DNA from: an uncultured Gammaproteobacteria bacterium
GTDB taxonomy: Bacteria > Patescibacteriota > Microgenomatia > Levybacterales > UBA12049
Assembly (NCBI GenBank): GCA_964610465.1
Contig: CAZSWA010000003.1
Coordinates: forward strand, 6,245-70,244
Length of the DNA stretch: 64,000 nucleotides
Reading direction: 5' to 3'
How positions within the stretch are numbered: position 1 is the stretch's first letter; the number at the start of each line of letters is the position of its first letter. This document shows, piece after piece, positions 37,022 through 47,789 of this stretch. The notes under the pieces are model-generated. The model ran no database searches and was not told the DNA's origin. It was given only the letters and a program-made list of their open reading frames with translations. A program made the position numbers and the translations under genes.

Positions 37022-37332
37022 ATATCACTGTTTCTCCCTTGACATGAAAAGTTACTGTACATGCTAAAACGAAAGACACTGAAGAAGAGAAATCTAAAGG
37101 AACGTTTCAAAAAGTGTATCTTGTATATAAAACAGTCTTAGTAAAACATGCAGATGTTTTTACTGTCCTAAACATAAAGCTTCAGTTTTATATAGGAAAA
37201 GATGCAACTTCAGCAAGAGAAGATATGGATAGCGGAAGGAAAGGTAAAAAGCTTTTCGTAAGAATACGATAACTTCTTCTTAGTTGGATTTCTCAGACTT
37301 GATTCACTAAACTTTACTCCATATAATTAAAT

Positions 37333-39642
37333 TTGATGAGTAGAAACCGTTCTGTCCTATGGTTTTCTGAGGTTGATAAAGAAGATGTTCCCCTTGTTGG
37401 CAAAAAAGGCGCAGAGCTTGGAGAAATGAGTCATGCCGGGATTCCAATTCCGAATGGATTCCTTATCTCATCTCAGGCATATTTCCATTTCATGAAAGAA
37501 AATAATCTTTCACTGGCTATTAAACAACTTCTCTCAACTGTAAATTATGAACGGCCAGACTCACTCCATCAGGTTTCATTTCATATAAAAAAACTTATTA
37601 AGGAAGGAGATCTCTCTCCTGAGTTTGTAACCGAAATCAATACAGCATACAGAAAATTAGGCGCGATACTTAGGGACGCGGTTGTCACTGTACAATCTTC
37701 AATCATCCTTTCTGAAGCATTTGCCGGTCCGCAAAAAACATTTTCCCATGTACATGGCGAAGCAAATCTTATACTCAAAATAAGAGAAATCTGGGCATCT
37801 TTGTTTGACCCTCACGCAATTTTGTATCGTTATCAACATCATTTTGAAAATTTCAGAGAAGGTACTGCGGTAACGGTACAACGAATGATTGCTATAGAAC
37901 GCTCAGGAATGATTTTTACTATTCATCCTAAAACTCAGGATAAATCCTGTATGGTAATAGAAGCACTTTATGGATTGCCGGAACTTCTGGTACACAAGAA
38001 AGTCATACCTGATTATTTTGAAGTGAGAAAGTCAGACCTGGCAACTGCACAGAAGATCATTAACAAACAGGATTTTATGCTCAAAGAACATGGTGAAAAG
38101 ATAAAAGAAATTCCTATTTCAGCCAAAGATGCAATAAAACCAAAATTAACACACGATGAGGTTCTTGAGCTTGCAAAAATTGGAAAAAAACTTGAACATC
38201 AATCATATTTCCCTCAACAAGTTGAATGGGCTATTGAGAAAAAAAAGATATATATTCTTCATTCACAAACCATGACACCTCTCCATAATCAACCGTTAAA
38301 TCCTCCAAAATCAAACCCTGCTCCAAAGGAATCATCTGCATTTCTTACCGGTGTCCCCTCTTCTCCTGGAATAAAAACAGGTCCAGTAAAAATAATTCAC
38401 AATACCCATGAATTACAAAAAGTAACATCAGGAGATGTGTTGGTTACCTCACAAACCAATCCTGAATACTTACCTGCAATGAAAAAAGCAATTGCAATCG
38501 TGACTGAAAAAGATGGAAAGACATCTCATGCCGCTATGATTGCTCGAGAGCTTGGCATCCCTGCAGTAGTAGGCGTAGAAAATGCGGTAAAGATTCTAAA
38601 ACCTAACAACATAATTACTGTCAATGGCACTCAAGGTGAAATTTATAAAGGCGGGCTTCTTGGCACATTAAAAGCCAACAAACCTGCACCTGAAAAGATA
38701 AAAACCAAAACTGCAACCAAACTGTATGTAGACATCGGTCAATCAACCATTGCAGAACAAGTGGCAAAAGAAGATATGGATGGAATCGGACTCTTACGAG
38801 CTGAATTTATGCTTACAGATATTGGCGTTCATCCAAAACAAGTTATTAAAGAAGGAAAAAAAACTATGTATATCAATAGACTTGCACAGCATCTTGAAGT
38901 ATTTTGTAAAGCATTTCATCCACATCCTGTGATATATAGACCTTCAGATTTTAAGAGTAATGAATACAAAAAACTTATTGGTGGCGATGACTTTGAATCA
39001 GATGAACCAAATCCTACCCTTGGATATCGCGGAGCTTTCCGCTTTGTGAATGACGCTGATGTATTTGAACTCGAACTTGAAGCTATAAAAGTTGTGAGGA
39101 ATAAAAAAGGACTGAAAAATCTCTGGATGATGCTGCCGTTTGTCCGCACAGTAAAAGAACTTATGGAAATAAAACGGATCATCTCAGCAGCCGGACTGTA
39201 TCGTTCACCTACTTTTAAACTTTGGATAATGGTAGAAACTCCTGCAAATGTAATCCTTCTTGATAAATTTATAGAAGTTGGCATAGATGGAGTTTCAATT
39301 GATTTGAATGATGTAACTATGCTTATAACAGGGGTTGATAAAGACAGCAATGAAGTCTCACGCGCTTTTGATGAGCAGAATGAGGCAGTACTTTGGGCAT
39401 TACAACAAACTATAAAAACTTCTCATGCTCACAACATCACATCCTCTATCTTTGGAGAGGCTTTATCTTTATACCCGGAACTTCTTGAAAAAGTAATTCA
39501 TTGGGGTATTACAAGTATTACCACTACTCCTGATATACTAAATGATATGCGGCAATCTATTGCAAAAGCAGAACATACTATACTTGATATAGATAAAAAA
39601 CTCATTCTCAATATTGATAAAAACTATTATGGCAAAAATTAA
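37333..39642 (+). CDS. ppsA: phosphoenolpyruvate synthase / pyruvate, water dikinase
   Basis: N-terminal PPDK_N nucleotide-binding region; phospho-His mobile domain 'GGKTSHAAMIARELGIPAVVG'; C-terminal PEP-utilising TIM barrel. Confidence 0.85.
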   Translation: MMSRNRSVLWFSEVDKEDVPLVGKKGAELGEMSHAGIPIPNGFLISSQAYFHFMKENNLSLAIKQLLSTVNYERPDSLHQVSFHIKKLIKEGDLSPEFVTEINTAYRKLGAILRDAVVTVQSSIILSEAFAGPQKTFSHVHGEANLILKIREIWASLFDPHAILYRYQHHFENFREGTAVTVQRMIAIERSGMIFTIHPKTQDKSCMVIEALYGLPELLVHKKVIPDYFEVRKSDLATAQKIINKQDFMLKEHGEKIKEIPISAKDAIKPKLTHDEVLELAKIGKKLEHQSYFPQQVEWAIEKKKIYILHSQTMTPLHNQPLNPPKSNPAPKESSAFLTGVPSSPGIKTGPVKIIHNTHELQKVTSGDVLVTSQTNPEYLPAMKKAIAIVTEKDGKTSHAAMIARELGIPAVVGVENAVKILKPNNIITVNGTQGEIYKGGLLGTLKANKPAPEKIKTKTATKLYVDIGQSTIAEQVAKEDMDGIGLLRAEFMLTDIGVHPKQVIKEGKKTMYINRLAQHLEVFCKAFHPHPVIYRPSDFKSNEYKKLIGGDDFESDEPNPTLGYRGAFRFVNDADVFELELEAIKVVRNKKGLKNLWMMLPFVRTVKELMEIKRIISAAGLYRSPTFKLWIMVETPANVILLDKFIEVGIDGVSIDLNDVTMLITGVDKDSNEVSRAFDEQNEAVLWALQQTIKTSHAHNITSSIFGEALSLYPELLEKVIHWGITSITTTPDILNDMRQSIAKAEHTILDIDKKLILNIDKNYYGKN

Positions 39643-40900
39643 ACAAATACTCGCACATGAAATCTTGAATTCACGGGGAGAACCTTCTATTGAAACTACT
39701 GTTGTCTTAAATGATGGTACGGTCGGAATTGCATCAAGTCCAAGCGGTATTTCAGTTGGCAAATATGAGGCGTTAGAACTTCGAGATGGCGATACTGCTC
39801 ATTTTCAGGGGTTAGGTGTCTTAAAAGCAATTGAAAATATAAAAAATTTCATTGCTCCAAAAATTATTGGCATGGACGCAACCAAACAACAGGAAATTGA
39901 TAGTATTATTATTCAAATTGATGGGACCCAAAACAAGAATAAACTTGGCGCGAATGCGACCCTTAGTGTATCAATGGCAGTAGCAAAAGCTGCTGCGAAA
40001 AGCTCTGTACTTCCTCTTTATTTATATCTAAGAGAATTTACTAAAAATGAAAAGCTTCCTCTCAAAATTCCAATTCCTATGTTTAATCTTATCAATGGTG
40101 GCAAACATGCAGGAAACAATGTCAATTTTCAGGAATTTCATGTAATTCCTGCAACATTTAAAACTTATAATGAGTCACTCCAAATTGGCACGACTGTTAT
40201 GCGAAATTTAAAAGATCTTTTAGGGAAAAATGGTTTTCCTGTTATTACAGGTGAAGAAGGTGGATTTGGACCAACTCTTGCCACCAATGATGATGGACTT
40301 GCACTTCTCTCAGAAGCTATTAGCGCTTCCAATTATCGTCTTGGTTATGACGCATTTATGGGAATTGATGCTGCGGCAACTAATTTCTGTGATGAAAATA
40401 AATATCAAATAAAAGATAAATCTATGCGTCTTAATGCACAGGAACTTATTGATTTTTATGGAGAGCTCGTGAAGAAATATCATATTCTCTATCTTGAAGA
40501 CCCGCTTGCGGAAGATGATTGGGATGGCTGGTCAACAATAAGTCTTAAGATAAGTCCTGAAACAATGATTGTAGGTGATGATTTAACCGTTACCAACCCA
40601 TATAGATTACAAATGGCACTTGATAAAAAAGCTATTAGTGCTATTATCATCAAGCCAAATCAGATTGGTACAGTACTTGAAGCATTGGCAGTTGTTGAAG
40701 TAGCAAGAATTGCAGGACTTAAAATCGTTGTTTCACATAGAGGTGCTGAGACAAATGATGACTTTATCGCAGATTTTGCAGTTGCAGTTGCAGCGGATTA
40801 TGTAAAATTCGGCGCTCCATCAAGAGGCGAGAGAGTTGCCAAATACAACAGGCTTTTGGAGATAGAACCGCAACTCGCAACGCTCAAGATTAAAACATAA
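39629..40900 (+). CDS. eno: enolase
   Basis: 'ILNSRGEPSIETTV' N-terminus and the 'SHRGAETNDDFIADFAVA' signature. Start at 39629 (MAKIKQ) overlaps ppsA by 14 nt. Confidence 0.9.
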   Translation: MAKIKQILAHEILNSRGEPSIETTVVLNDGTVGIASSPSGISVGKYEALELRDGDTAHFQGLGVLKAIENIKNFIAPKIIGMDATKQQEIDSIIIQIDGTQNKNKLGANATLSVSMAVAKAAAKSSVLPLYLYLREFTKNEKLPLKIPIPMFNLINGGKHAGNNVNFQEFHVIPATFKTYNESLQIGTTVMRNLKDLLGKNGFPVITGEEGGFGPTLATNDDGLALLSEAISASNYRLGYDAFMGIDAAATNFCDENKYQIKDKSMRLNAQELIDFYGELVKKYHILYLEDPLAEDDWDGWSTISLKISPETMIVGDDLTVTNPYRLQMALDKKAISAIIIKPNQIGTVLEALAVVEVARIAGLKIVVSHRGAETNDDFIADFAVAVAADYVKFGAPSRGERVAKYNRLLEIEPQLATLKIKT

Positions 40901-40913
40901 AAGTATAACAATC

Positions 40914-41540
40914 ATGACATATCTTGTTCTTGTGAGACATGGTGAATCAGAATGGAATGCAAAGTCCTTATGGACTGGGTGGACTGATGTGTCATTAACT
41001 GAAAATGGGCGTGAGCAGGCAAGAACTGCAGGCAAACTTCTTATAGATATTCATTTTGATATTGCATTTACTTCAGCTCTAAAACGAGCTAAGCAGACAT
41101 GGGATGAAATACGTAAAATTATAGGAGCTGATTCTCTTCCTACCACTGAAGATAAAGCACTCAACGAACGTAATTATGGAGATCTTACAGGAAAAAATAA
41201 ATGGACAATAAAAGAAGAATATGGTGAAGAACAATTTACCAAATGGAGACGGAGCTGGGATGTTCGCCCGCCAAATGGAGAATCCCTTCATGATGTCTAC
41301 AATCGTGTAATTCCTTATTTTCAAAAAAACATTTTGCCTGAACTTGAAAATGGAAAAAATGTTATTGTCGTAGCTCATGGGAATAGTTTGCGGGCGTTGA
41401 TAAAATATCTTGATGATATAGCAGATAATGAAATTGCAAAACTTGAGCTGGGACTTTCAGAACCATATGTATATCAGATTGATGAAAAAGGGAATGTTAT
41501 CTCAAAACAAATCCGCTCTATTGGCACTGTCGCTCCATAA
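40914..41540 (+). CDS. gpmA: 2,3-bisphosphoglycerate-dependent phosphoglycerate mutase
   Basis: 'LVLVRHGESEWN' RHG catalytic motif and 'VVAHGNSLRAL'. Confidence 0.8.
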   Translation: MTYLVLVRHGESEWNAKSLWTGWTDVSLTENGREQARTAGKLLIDIHFDIAFTSALKRAKQTWDEIRKIIGADSLPTTEDKALNERNYGDLTGKNKWTIKEEYGEEQFTKWRRSWDVRPPNGESLHDVYNRVIPYFQKNILPELENGKNVIVVAHGNSLRALIKYLDDIADNEIAKLELGLSEPYVYQIDEKGNVISKQIRSIGTVAP

Positions 41541-41554
41541 ATACTTTTATGTAT

Positions 41555-42283
41555 TTATACACTTAGATTAAAAAGTACTATCATTTCTCCTTTTGGTGCA
41601 TATTTTTCAAAATGAATTATGGCCTCAGTAATGGAAAATCGTAAAATTTCTTCATTCATTTTTGTAAGTTCTCTTGTGATTACTATTTCAATATCTCCAA
41701 ACGATTCTTTCATTTCAGCAAGAGTTGTGAGAAGTTTGTGAGGCGCTTCAAAGAGTATTACTGTTGATTTCACAATTTCCTGTGCAGTCTTTATTTGCTC
41801 AAAGAATTTTTTTCTATGCCCTATTTTTCGCGGTGGATATCCAATAAACAAAAATTTATCAGTGGGCAGACCTGATGTAACAAGGGAGGTGATAACAGAT
41901 GACGGGCCTGGAATTGCTTCAACTTTTATCCCGTGTCTGATACATTCTCTTATTAGTTTAAACCCGGGATCTGAAATTGCAGGAGTTCCTGCATCTGATA
42001 CCAATGCCACATGTTCACCCTTGTGCAGAAAAGATAAAATTTCAGGAATTCTTCGAAGCTCATTGTGTTCAAAGTATGATAGAAGTTTTGGCCGACCTTT
42101 ATGGATATGGTCTTCATTGCGGATAAATGTCTCATAGGGAATATGCATGGTTTCAAGTAAGATTCCTGTTCTCCGTGTATCTTCGCAGGCAATCACATCC
42201 ACTTCAAAAAGTGTTTTGATTGCTCTCCAGGTCATATCCTGAAGGTTACCAATTGGAGTTGATACTATATATAAGATACCCAT
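41555..42283 (-). CDS. rsmI: 16S rRNA (cytidine1402-2'-O)-methyltransferase RsmI (tetrapyrrole methylase fold)
   Basis: 'LYIVSTPIGNLQDMTWRA...IACEDTRRTGILL'. Start moved to the internal Met (MGILYIV). Confidence 0.8.
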   Translation of the reverse strand: MGILYIVSTPIGNLQDMTWRAIKTLFEVDVIACEDTRRTGILLETMHIPYETFIRNEDHIHKGRPKLLSYFEHNELRRIPEILSFLHKGEHVALVSDAGTPAISDPGFKLIRECIRHGIKVEAIPGPSSVITSLVTSGLPTDKFLFIGYPPRKIGHRKKFFEQIKTAQEIVKSTVILFEAPHKLLTTLAEMKESFGDIEIVITRELTKMNEEILRFSITEAIIHFEKYAPKGEMIVLFNLSV

Positions 42284-42355
42284 GTGATAGTAAGAACTGA
42301 TTATATATACAAAGATGTATCTTGACAATAGACGGAAGGAGATTTAATATTATTT

Positions 42356-42583
42356 TTGGTTATGGCATCAGCAGAAAGACGTACCCCAACAAGTATAATT
42401 GCAGATATCGAAAAAGACTTTGAAGCCTTACATCAAAAACATACACCTAATCGATATGCAGAAAAAAAAGAAATATTTAATCAAAAAAAAGAAGAAGCAT
42501 TAAAAGATGGTATAGCACGAGCTGTTATAGATGCAAGAACAAAAATGGGTGGAACTGTAAGAAGATTAAAGACTTATAAATAA
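42356..42583 (+). CDS. hypothetical small protein (75 aa)
   Basis: ORF only. Confidence 0.3.
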   Translation: MVMASAERRTPTSIIADIEKDFEALHQKHTPNRYAEKKEIFNQKKEEALKDGIARAVIDARTKMGGTVRRLKTYK

Positions 42584-42614
42584 ACTTTTATCAATTTTTG
42601 CTTCTTTGTTTATT

Positions 42615-43244
42615 TTATAAAAACTTCCTAATTAAACTCACTACTTTTCCTTGTATTTTCACACTTTTAGGATAAATAGGTGACATACTGGAATTTGCTG
42701 GTTTGAGGATTACTCTGCCATTTTCAAGATAAAATCTTTTAAGGGTTGCAAGATTATCATCAACCAATGCTACAACTATCTCACCATTGCTTGCCTGTTG
42801 TACCCGCTCAACTACTACATAATCTCCATCCAAAATTCCATCCTCAATCATTGACTCACCTTTTACTTGCAATACGTATGCCGTTCTTTTTCCGCTTACG
42901 AGTGATGCTGAGACTTGAAATGTTGCATTTGGATCAATGTGGGGTTCAAGCGGTTTACCTGCTGCAATATATCCCATGAGCGGTAATTCAATAGATGGTT
43001 CAACTCCAAGAAAAGTAGAAGTTATAGTTTGATCCATAATTTTAAGTACTCTTGAGTTACCGTCTACTTTTTGGACGTATCCTTTATCAACTAAACTTCT
43101 GATAATGACATGTACCGTTGAAACACTCCTATGTCCTGTTGCTTTAGCAATCTCTACAAGGGTTGGAGAATATCCATATTTGCTTTGAAACTGAGCGAGG
43201 TACTCAAGGATTAATCTTTCTTTTCGATAAAGTACTCCAGGCAT
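42615..43244 (-). CDS. lexA: LexA repressor (wHTH plus S24 peptidase)
   Basis: N-terminal wHTH 'SPTLVEIAKATGHRSVSTVHVIIRSLVDKGY'. Cleavage site 'AAG'. Ser-Lys dyad region 'GESMIEDGILDGDYVVVER...LKRF'. Confidence 0.9.
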   Translation of the reverse strand: MPGVLYRKERLILEYLAQFQSKYGYSPTLVEIAKATGHRSVSTVHVIIRSLVDKGYVQKVDGNSRVLKIMDQTITSTFLGVEPSIELPLMGYIAAGKPLEPHIDPNATFQVSASLVSGKRTAYVLQVKGESMIEDGILDGDYVVVERVQQASNGEIVVALVDDNLATLKRFYLENGRVILKPANSSMSPIYPKSVKIQGKVVSLIRKFL

Positions 43245-43267
43245 ATTTAGAATAAAATGTGTACTAG

Positions 43268-43295
43268 AAATTTATACGATATTTCGTATAAATTT
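43268..43295. promoter_or_regulatory. perfect 12-4-12 palindrome AAATTTATACGA-TATT-TCGTATAAATTT overlapping the spacer and -10 of the lexA promoter; candidate LexA operator
   Basis: Seen directly in sequence. Lies 24 nt upstream of the lexA start and about 80 nt upstream of uvrB. The minus-strand -35 TTGACA is at 43295-43300. Confidence 0.6.
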
Positions 43296-43375
43296 GTCAA
43301 TAATGCTAATTGATACAAAAGATATCAATAAAAGAATTTTGTGCTACAATACGAATGACAAAAGAGAATATTCGC

Positions 43376-45376
43376 ATGAGTTTTAAACTAAAATCCAATT
43401 TCAAACCTACAGGTGATCAACCCCAAGCAATAGAAAAATTAGCGAACAATCTTAAATCAGGTGCTAAAAATCAGGTTTTGCTTGGAGTTACAGGTAGTGG
43501 AAAAACCTTTACAATGGCCAATGTAATCCAAAAAGTGCAAAGACCAACCCTTGTTATTTCCCATAATAAAACTCTTGCAGCACAGCTTTATCAGGAATTT
43601 AGAGAATTTTTCCCGGATAATGCAGTTTGTTATTTTGTTTCATACTATGATTACTATCAACCAGAAGCTTACATTCCCCAAACTGATACTTACATTGAAA
43701 AAGAAGCAGAAATTAATGACGAGATTGATAAATTACGGCTTTCAGCAACAACCAATCTTTTAACACGAAAAGATGTCATCGTAGTTGCATCTGTTTCCTG
43801 CATTTACAATTTGGGCTCACCCGTTGAATATGGAAAATTTGTATTAGAGCTTAAAGCAGGAGTTAAGATCCAACAAAAGGATATTCTTATGAGACTTACT
43901 GATTTGCAGTATGAAAGAAATGATTATGAATTCAGACGAGGGACATTTCGTATGCGTGGTAATATGATAGATTTATTTCCGGCATATATGGATACCGGAA
44001 TTCGGATTCAAATGGATGATGAGAAGATAACCAAACTCCATGAATTTGATCCCCTTACAGGAGACATCGTCAAGATTCTTGATGGTACTGTAATTTATCC
44101 TGCTAAACATTATATGACTGACCCGCGGACATATCAGGATGCGTTTGCCCATATCAATAGCGACTTGGACAAAAGAGTAGCAGAACTGAGAAGTCAAAAC
44201 AAAATTCTTGAAGCACAACGCTTAACTCAGCGGACTCACTTTGATCTGGAAATGATTCGGGAAGTAGGATATGTCAACGGCATCGAAAATTATTCTATTT
44301 ACTTTGACGGCCGAAAACCTGGAGATCCTCCTTATACACTTATTGATTATTTCGATGCTGCATCTGATAATTGGCTATTTCTGGTTGATGAATCGCATAT
44401 CACTATTCCTCAACTTCGCGGTATGTACAATGGGGATAGAGCAAGAAAACAATCTCTTATTGAGTATGGCTTCAGGCTTCCATCAGCCCTTGATAACCGT
44501 CCCCTTCGTTTTGAGGAAGTTATGAGACGGGTAAAACAGGCAATCTATATTAGTGCAACTCCTGATGAATATGAGAGGTCTCTTGCCAAAGAAACAAATG
44601 ATGGCATTGTAGAACAGCTTATCCGCCCAACAGGTTTGGTTGACCCAAAAGTCATAGTTAAGCCAACCAAAGGACAAATTGTTGATTTGATGGAAGAGAT
44701 TCAAAAACGGGTAAAGAAAAAGCAAAGAATACTCGTCACCACACTTACCAAACGTATGGCTGAGGAATTATCTAGTTATCTTGAAGAACGGGATATCAAA
44801 GTCTCCTATCTTCATTCAGATATCCAGACACTTGAAAGACAGGATGTATTGGATAGGTTGCGTCTTGGCGAATATGATGTGCTGGTTGGGATAAACCTTC
44901 TTCGTGAAGGCCTGGATTTGCCTGAAGTATCCCTTGTTGCCATACTTGATGCAGATAAAGAAGGATTCTTGAGAAGCCGCACTTCTCTTATTCAAACAAT
45001 GGGACGCGCAGCACGTAATATTGACGCAGAAGTTATTATGTATGCAGATGTTATGACCAACTCTATGAAAGCAGCAATTGATGAAGTTGAAAGACGACGA
45101 GAGATTCAGCTTGAATATAATAAAAAACACGGTATAACACCAAAAAGTATCAAGAAATCTATTAGAGCCAAACTGGTTGAAGAGGAAAAAGAAGAAAAAG
45201 GCAATGAATCTCTGGACTTCTTAATTGAAATGAGTGATAAAGAAGTTCTTTTACCCGATGAAAAAGATGATTTGGTAATCAAACTTCGAAAAGAAATGAA
45301 ACAGGCAGCAGAACGTTTAGATTTTGAAACAGCAATTTATCTTCGCGACAGGATAAAAACTGTTCAGAATAAATAA
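43376..45376 (+). CDS. uvrB: excinuclease ABC subunit B
   Basis: '[19 protein letters not shown]' is a typical UvrB start. Walker A '[10 protein letters not shown]', helicase motifs and a C-terminal UvrC-interaction coiled coil. The ORF-track start at 43310 is a TTG; the ATG at 43376 is preferred. Confidence 0.85.
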   Translation: MSFKLKSNFKPTGDQPQAIEKLANNLKSGAKNQVLLGVTGSGKTFTMANVIQKVQRPTLVISHNKTLAAQLYQEFREFFPDNAVCYFVSYYDYYQPEAYIPQTDTYIEKEAEINDEIDKLRLSATTNLLTRKDVIVVASVSCIYNLGSPVEYGKFVLELKAGVKIQQKDILMRLTDLQYERNDYEFRRGTFRMRGNMIDLFPAYMDTGIRIQMDDEKITKLHEFDPLTGDIVKILDGTVIYPAKHYMTDPRTYQDAFAHINSDLDKRVAELRSQNKILEAQRLTQRTHFDLEMIREVGYVNGIENYSIYFDGRKPGDPPYTLIDYFDAASDNWLFLVDESHITIPQLRGMYNGDRARKQSLIEYGFRLPSALDNRPLRFEEVMRRVKQAIYISATPDEYERSLAKETNDGIVEQLIRPTGLVDPKVIVKPTKGQIVDLMEEIQKRVKKKQRILVTTLTKRMAEELSSYLEERDIKVSYLHSDIQTLERQDVLDRLRLGEYDVLVGINLLREGLDLPEVSLVAILDADKEGFLRSRTSLIQTMGRAARNIDAEVIMYADVMTNSMKAAIDEVERRREIQLEYNKKHGITPKSIKKSIRAKLVEEEKEEKGNESLDFLIEMSDKEVLLPDEKDDLVIKLRKEMKQAAERLDFETAIYLRDRIKTVQNK

Positions 45377-45787
45377 CTAGGACTTATCATCACTTTTTGT
45401 CTTCCTCTGATTTCTAGAAACTTCATATATTACAAAATTACTGGTATATCTACGGATATTTATTTGGAAGCCTGCATTTAGTAGCTCATTTTGTAATTTT
45501 TCATCACCTTTTCCATTATCATCAAGTAAATTATTAAATTCAGCATTAAGTTTTTTTATTTCGCCTACAGTTTCACGTCTGGAAATTTCATGGGGATATT
45601 TATATATAGTTTGGAGCTTTGTCCATTGTCTTCCTATTTCTACAACCTGACCTACACCAATAAATACATTAGCTTTAGGAGTATTTACTGGAATTCCTGT
45701 CTCTATTCCGTCAGAAGTCTTTCTCTGGGCATCTACCCATATGACTACATTTCCCAACTGTAAATTAAGTTCACTTCTTGTAGCCAT
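45377..45787 (-). CDS. hypothetical protein (136 aa)
   Basis: ORF only. Confidence 0.35.
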   Translation of the reverse strand: MATRSELNLQLGNVVIWVDAQRKTSDGIETGIPVNTPKANVFIGVGQVVEIGRQWTKLQTIYKYPHEISRRETVGEIKKLNAEFNNLLDDNGKGDEKLQNELLNAGFQINIRRYTSNFVIYEVSRNQRKTKSDDKS

Positions 45788-45795
45788 ACACTTCC

Positions 45796-47199
45796 CTATG
45801 CTCTCTCAACGTAAATGAGGTTTGTGGTTCCACTTTCTCCAAATGGCATTCCTGCAACTATGACAAAAGGCTCATCTTTCTCAAGCGGCAAAATTGTATT
45901 CTCTACTGCAATTTCTCTTGCCTGCTCCATCATATGATTAAAGTCTTGAGTTGTTTTTATAAGCTTTGGATAAACACCCCATGTAAAATTAAGTTTCCTA
46001 AGGGTTGATTCATCTGGAGAAAGTGCAATAATCGCTTGTGCATGTCTGTGCCGTGCAATACGCAGTGCAGTAATTCCGCTTTGAGTAAACGCAATGATAA
46101 GTTTTGAATTTAGTTTATCCGCTATCACACCTGCAGAAGAACTTACCGCAGTTGGTGCAGTATCTTCATCTTTGTAGATTCTTGGAGCAACATGTGGAAC
46201 TGTTGCCCGGATGATTTTAACCATTGTGTTCACCGTGTGTACTGGAAATTCCCCTACTGCTGTCTCTCCTGAAAGCATAACAGCATCTGTTCCATCAAGA
46301 ATTGCGTTTGCGACATCGGTAACTTCAGCTCTTGTGGGAATTGGATTATGTGTCATTGATTCAAGCATTTGGGTCGCAATAATAACTGGTTTTGTCTTGG
46401 CAAGACATAAATTAATGAGTTTTTTTTGAAGCAGAGGTACCTCAGCAATTGGGACTGCAAGACCCAAGTCTCCTCTTGCTACCATTATTCCATCTGTTGC
46501 ATCAATAATTTCCTCAATATTTTCAACTGCTTTTTCTGTTTCGATTTTAGCAATAAGGACGATTGGAGAATCTTTTGGCAATACATCTCTTACTCTCTTT
46601 ATATCCTCAGCTGTTTGGACAAAGGAAACCGCCAATGCATCAGCTTTTGCCTCAACCATTATTTCTATATCCTGTCTATCTTTTGGAGATAACTCTGGTA
46701 ATGAAAGAAAAATTCCTTGTGCGTGAAATCCTTTATATGGCTTAAGTGGCCCACCAACCAATACTCGTGCTTCCACGATTCCATTTTTTTCCTCTTTTTC
46801 TACAACTAACTTAAGCACTCCATCGTTAATATATACTTCTGCTCCTTTTTTAAGTTGTTTTACAATAGAGGGATAATTTAAAGAAAATATTTCGGAGTTA
46901 CCAAATACGTCCTGTTCTGAAATTTTTACTGTTTTCCCGTTTTCAAGTATTACATCTTCTGAGATATTGCCTATGCGGATTTTTGGTCCTGCCAAATCAC
47001 CCATTATTGTCAAAGGTTTTTGTATTTTCTTTTCAGCGGAACGTATATCTTGTACAATTCGGAGAATTTCTTCCCTTTTCTGGTGGGAAAGGTTGATACG
47101 GAATATATCAACTCCTTCTTCGGCTAATTTTGTAATAATCTCAGCACTACTGCTTGCTGGCCCAAGTGTTGCAATGATTTTTACTCTTTTTAGTCTCAC
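45796..47199 (-). CDS. pyk: pyruvate kinase
   Basis: 'KIIATLGPAS', 'MVARGDLG', and 'GE..VGEFP' motifs; about 470 aa. Confidence 0.85.
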   Translation of the reverse strand: MRLKRVKIIATLGPASSSAEIITKLAEEGVDIFRINLSHQKREEILRIVQDIRSAEKKIQKPLTIMGDLAGPKIRIGNISEDVILENGKTVKISEQDVFGNSEIFSLNYPSIVKQLKKGAEVYINDGVLKLVVEKEEKNGIVEARVLVGGPLKPYKGFHAQGIFLSLPELSPKDRQDIEIMVEAKADALAVSFVQTAEDIKRVRDVLPKDSPIVLIAKIETEKAVENIEEIIDATDGIMVARGDLGLAVPIAEVPLLQKKLINLCLAKTKPVIIATQMLESMTHNPIPTRAEVTDVANAILDGTDAVMLSGETAVGEFPVHTVNTMVKIIRATVPHVAPRIYKDEDTAPTAVSSSAGVIADKLNSKLIIAFTQSGITALRIARHRHAQAIIALSPDESTLRKLNFTWGVYPKLIKTTQDFNHMMEQAREIAVENTILPLEKDEPFVIVAGMPFGESGTTNLIYVERA

Positions 47200-47302
47200 A
47201 AATATGCAAGTATACTCTCAACTAATATTTTTTTCAAGATCTATTGAGATTACCTCGTTATTGCTATCTAGCTTTATTGTCACTGCATCGATTCGCATAA
47301 GA

Positions 47303-47581
47303 TCAGGCAATTTTTGGATGTTTGAGTTTATAAAATTCTGCAGCTCGTATAAGAGAACGTATCTTCCATGGAGTAATTGCTTCAAGTGATGAACCAAACT
47401 TAGTAGTCTTGCGTGCTTTTACCTCAACAAAAACCAGGGTATCAGTATCAATTGCTACAATATCAATTTCTCCTCCTCTTATTCGATAATTTCTTTCAAT
47501 TATTTCATACCCTTTTTTTCGTAAGTATGTACAAGCCAAATCTTTGCCTTTATTGCCAGTAATAAGCTTGAGATTATCCAT
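47303..47581 (-). CDS. YraN/UPF0102-family putative endonuclease
   Basis: 'GEIDIVA..D..LVFVEVKAR' PD-(D/E)xK core. Confidence 0.6.
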   Translation of the reverse strand: MDNLKLITGNKGKDLACTYLRKKGYEIIERNYRIRGGEIDIVAIDTDTLVFVEVKARKTTKFGSSLEAITPWKIRSLIRAAEFYKLKHPKIA

Positions 47582-47789
47582 AGCTTATCTAGTGTAACAG
47601 AATAAAAACAAAAAATAATGCAAAGTGTAAAGCGAAAAGCGTAAAATAATAATTTAAAGTTCAAAATAAATTATTATTTTTGAATTTTAAATTTTACTTT
47701 TGAGTTTTCCTTTTGACTTTTGAATTTATCTGAAGTTGTTATTAGATGTTGCAGTATATATTCCCTTAATTCCTGATTCTTGATTCAAA

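Noticed and set aside
47582-47789. AT-rich low-complexity stretch with repeated TTTTGA(N)TTTT units and AAGCG(A/T)AAA repeats; considered as a CRISPR or tandem-repeat array
   Set aside because: Units are irregular in length and spacing, and there is no repeat-spacer periodicity. It looks like curved or AT-tract intergenic DNA between yraN and rplS.
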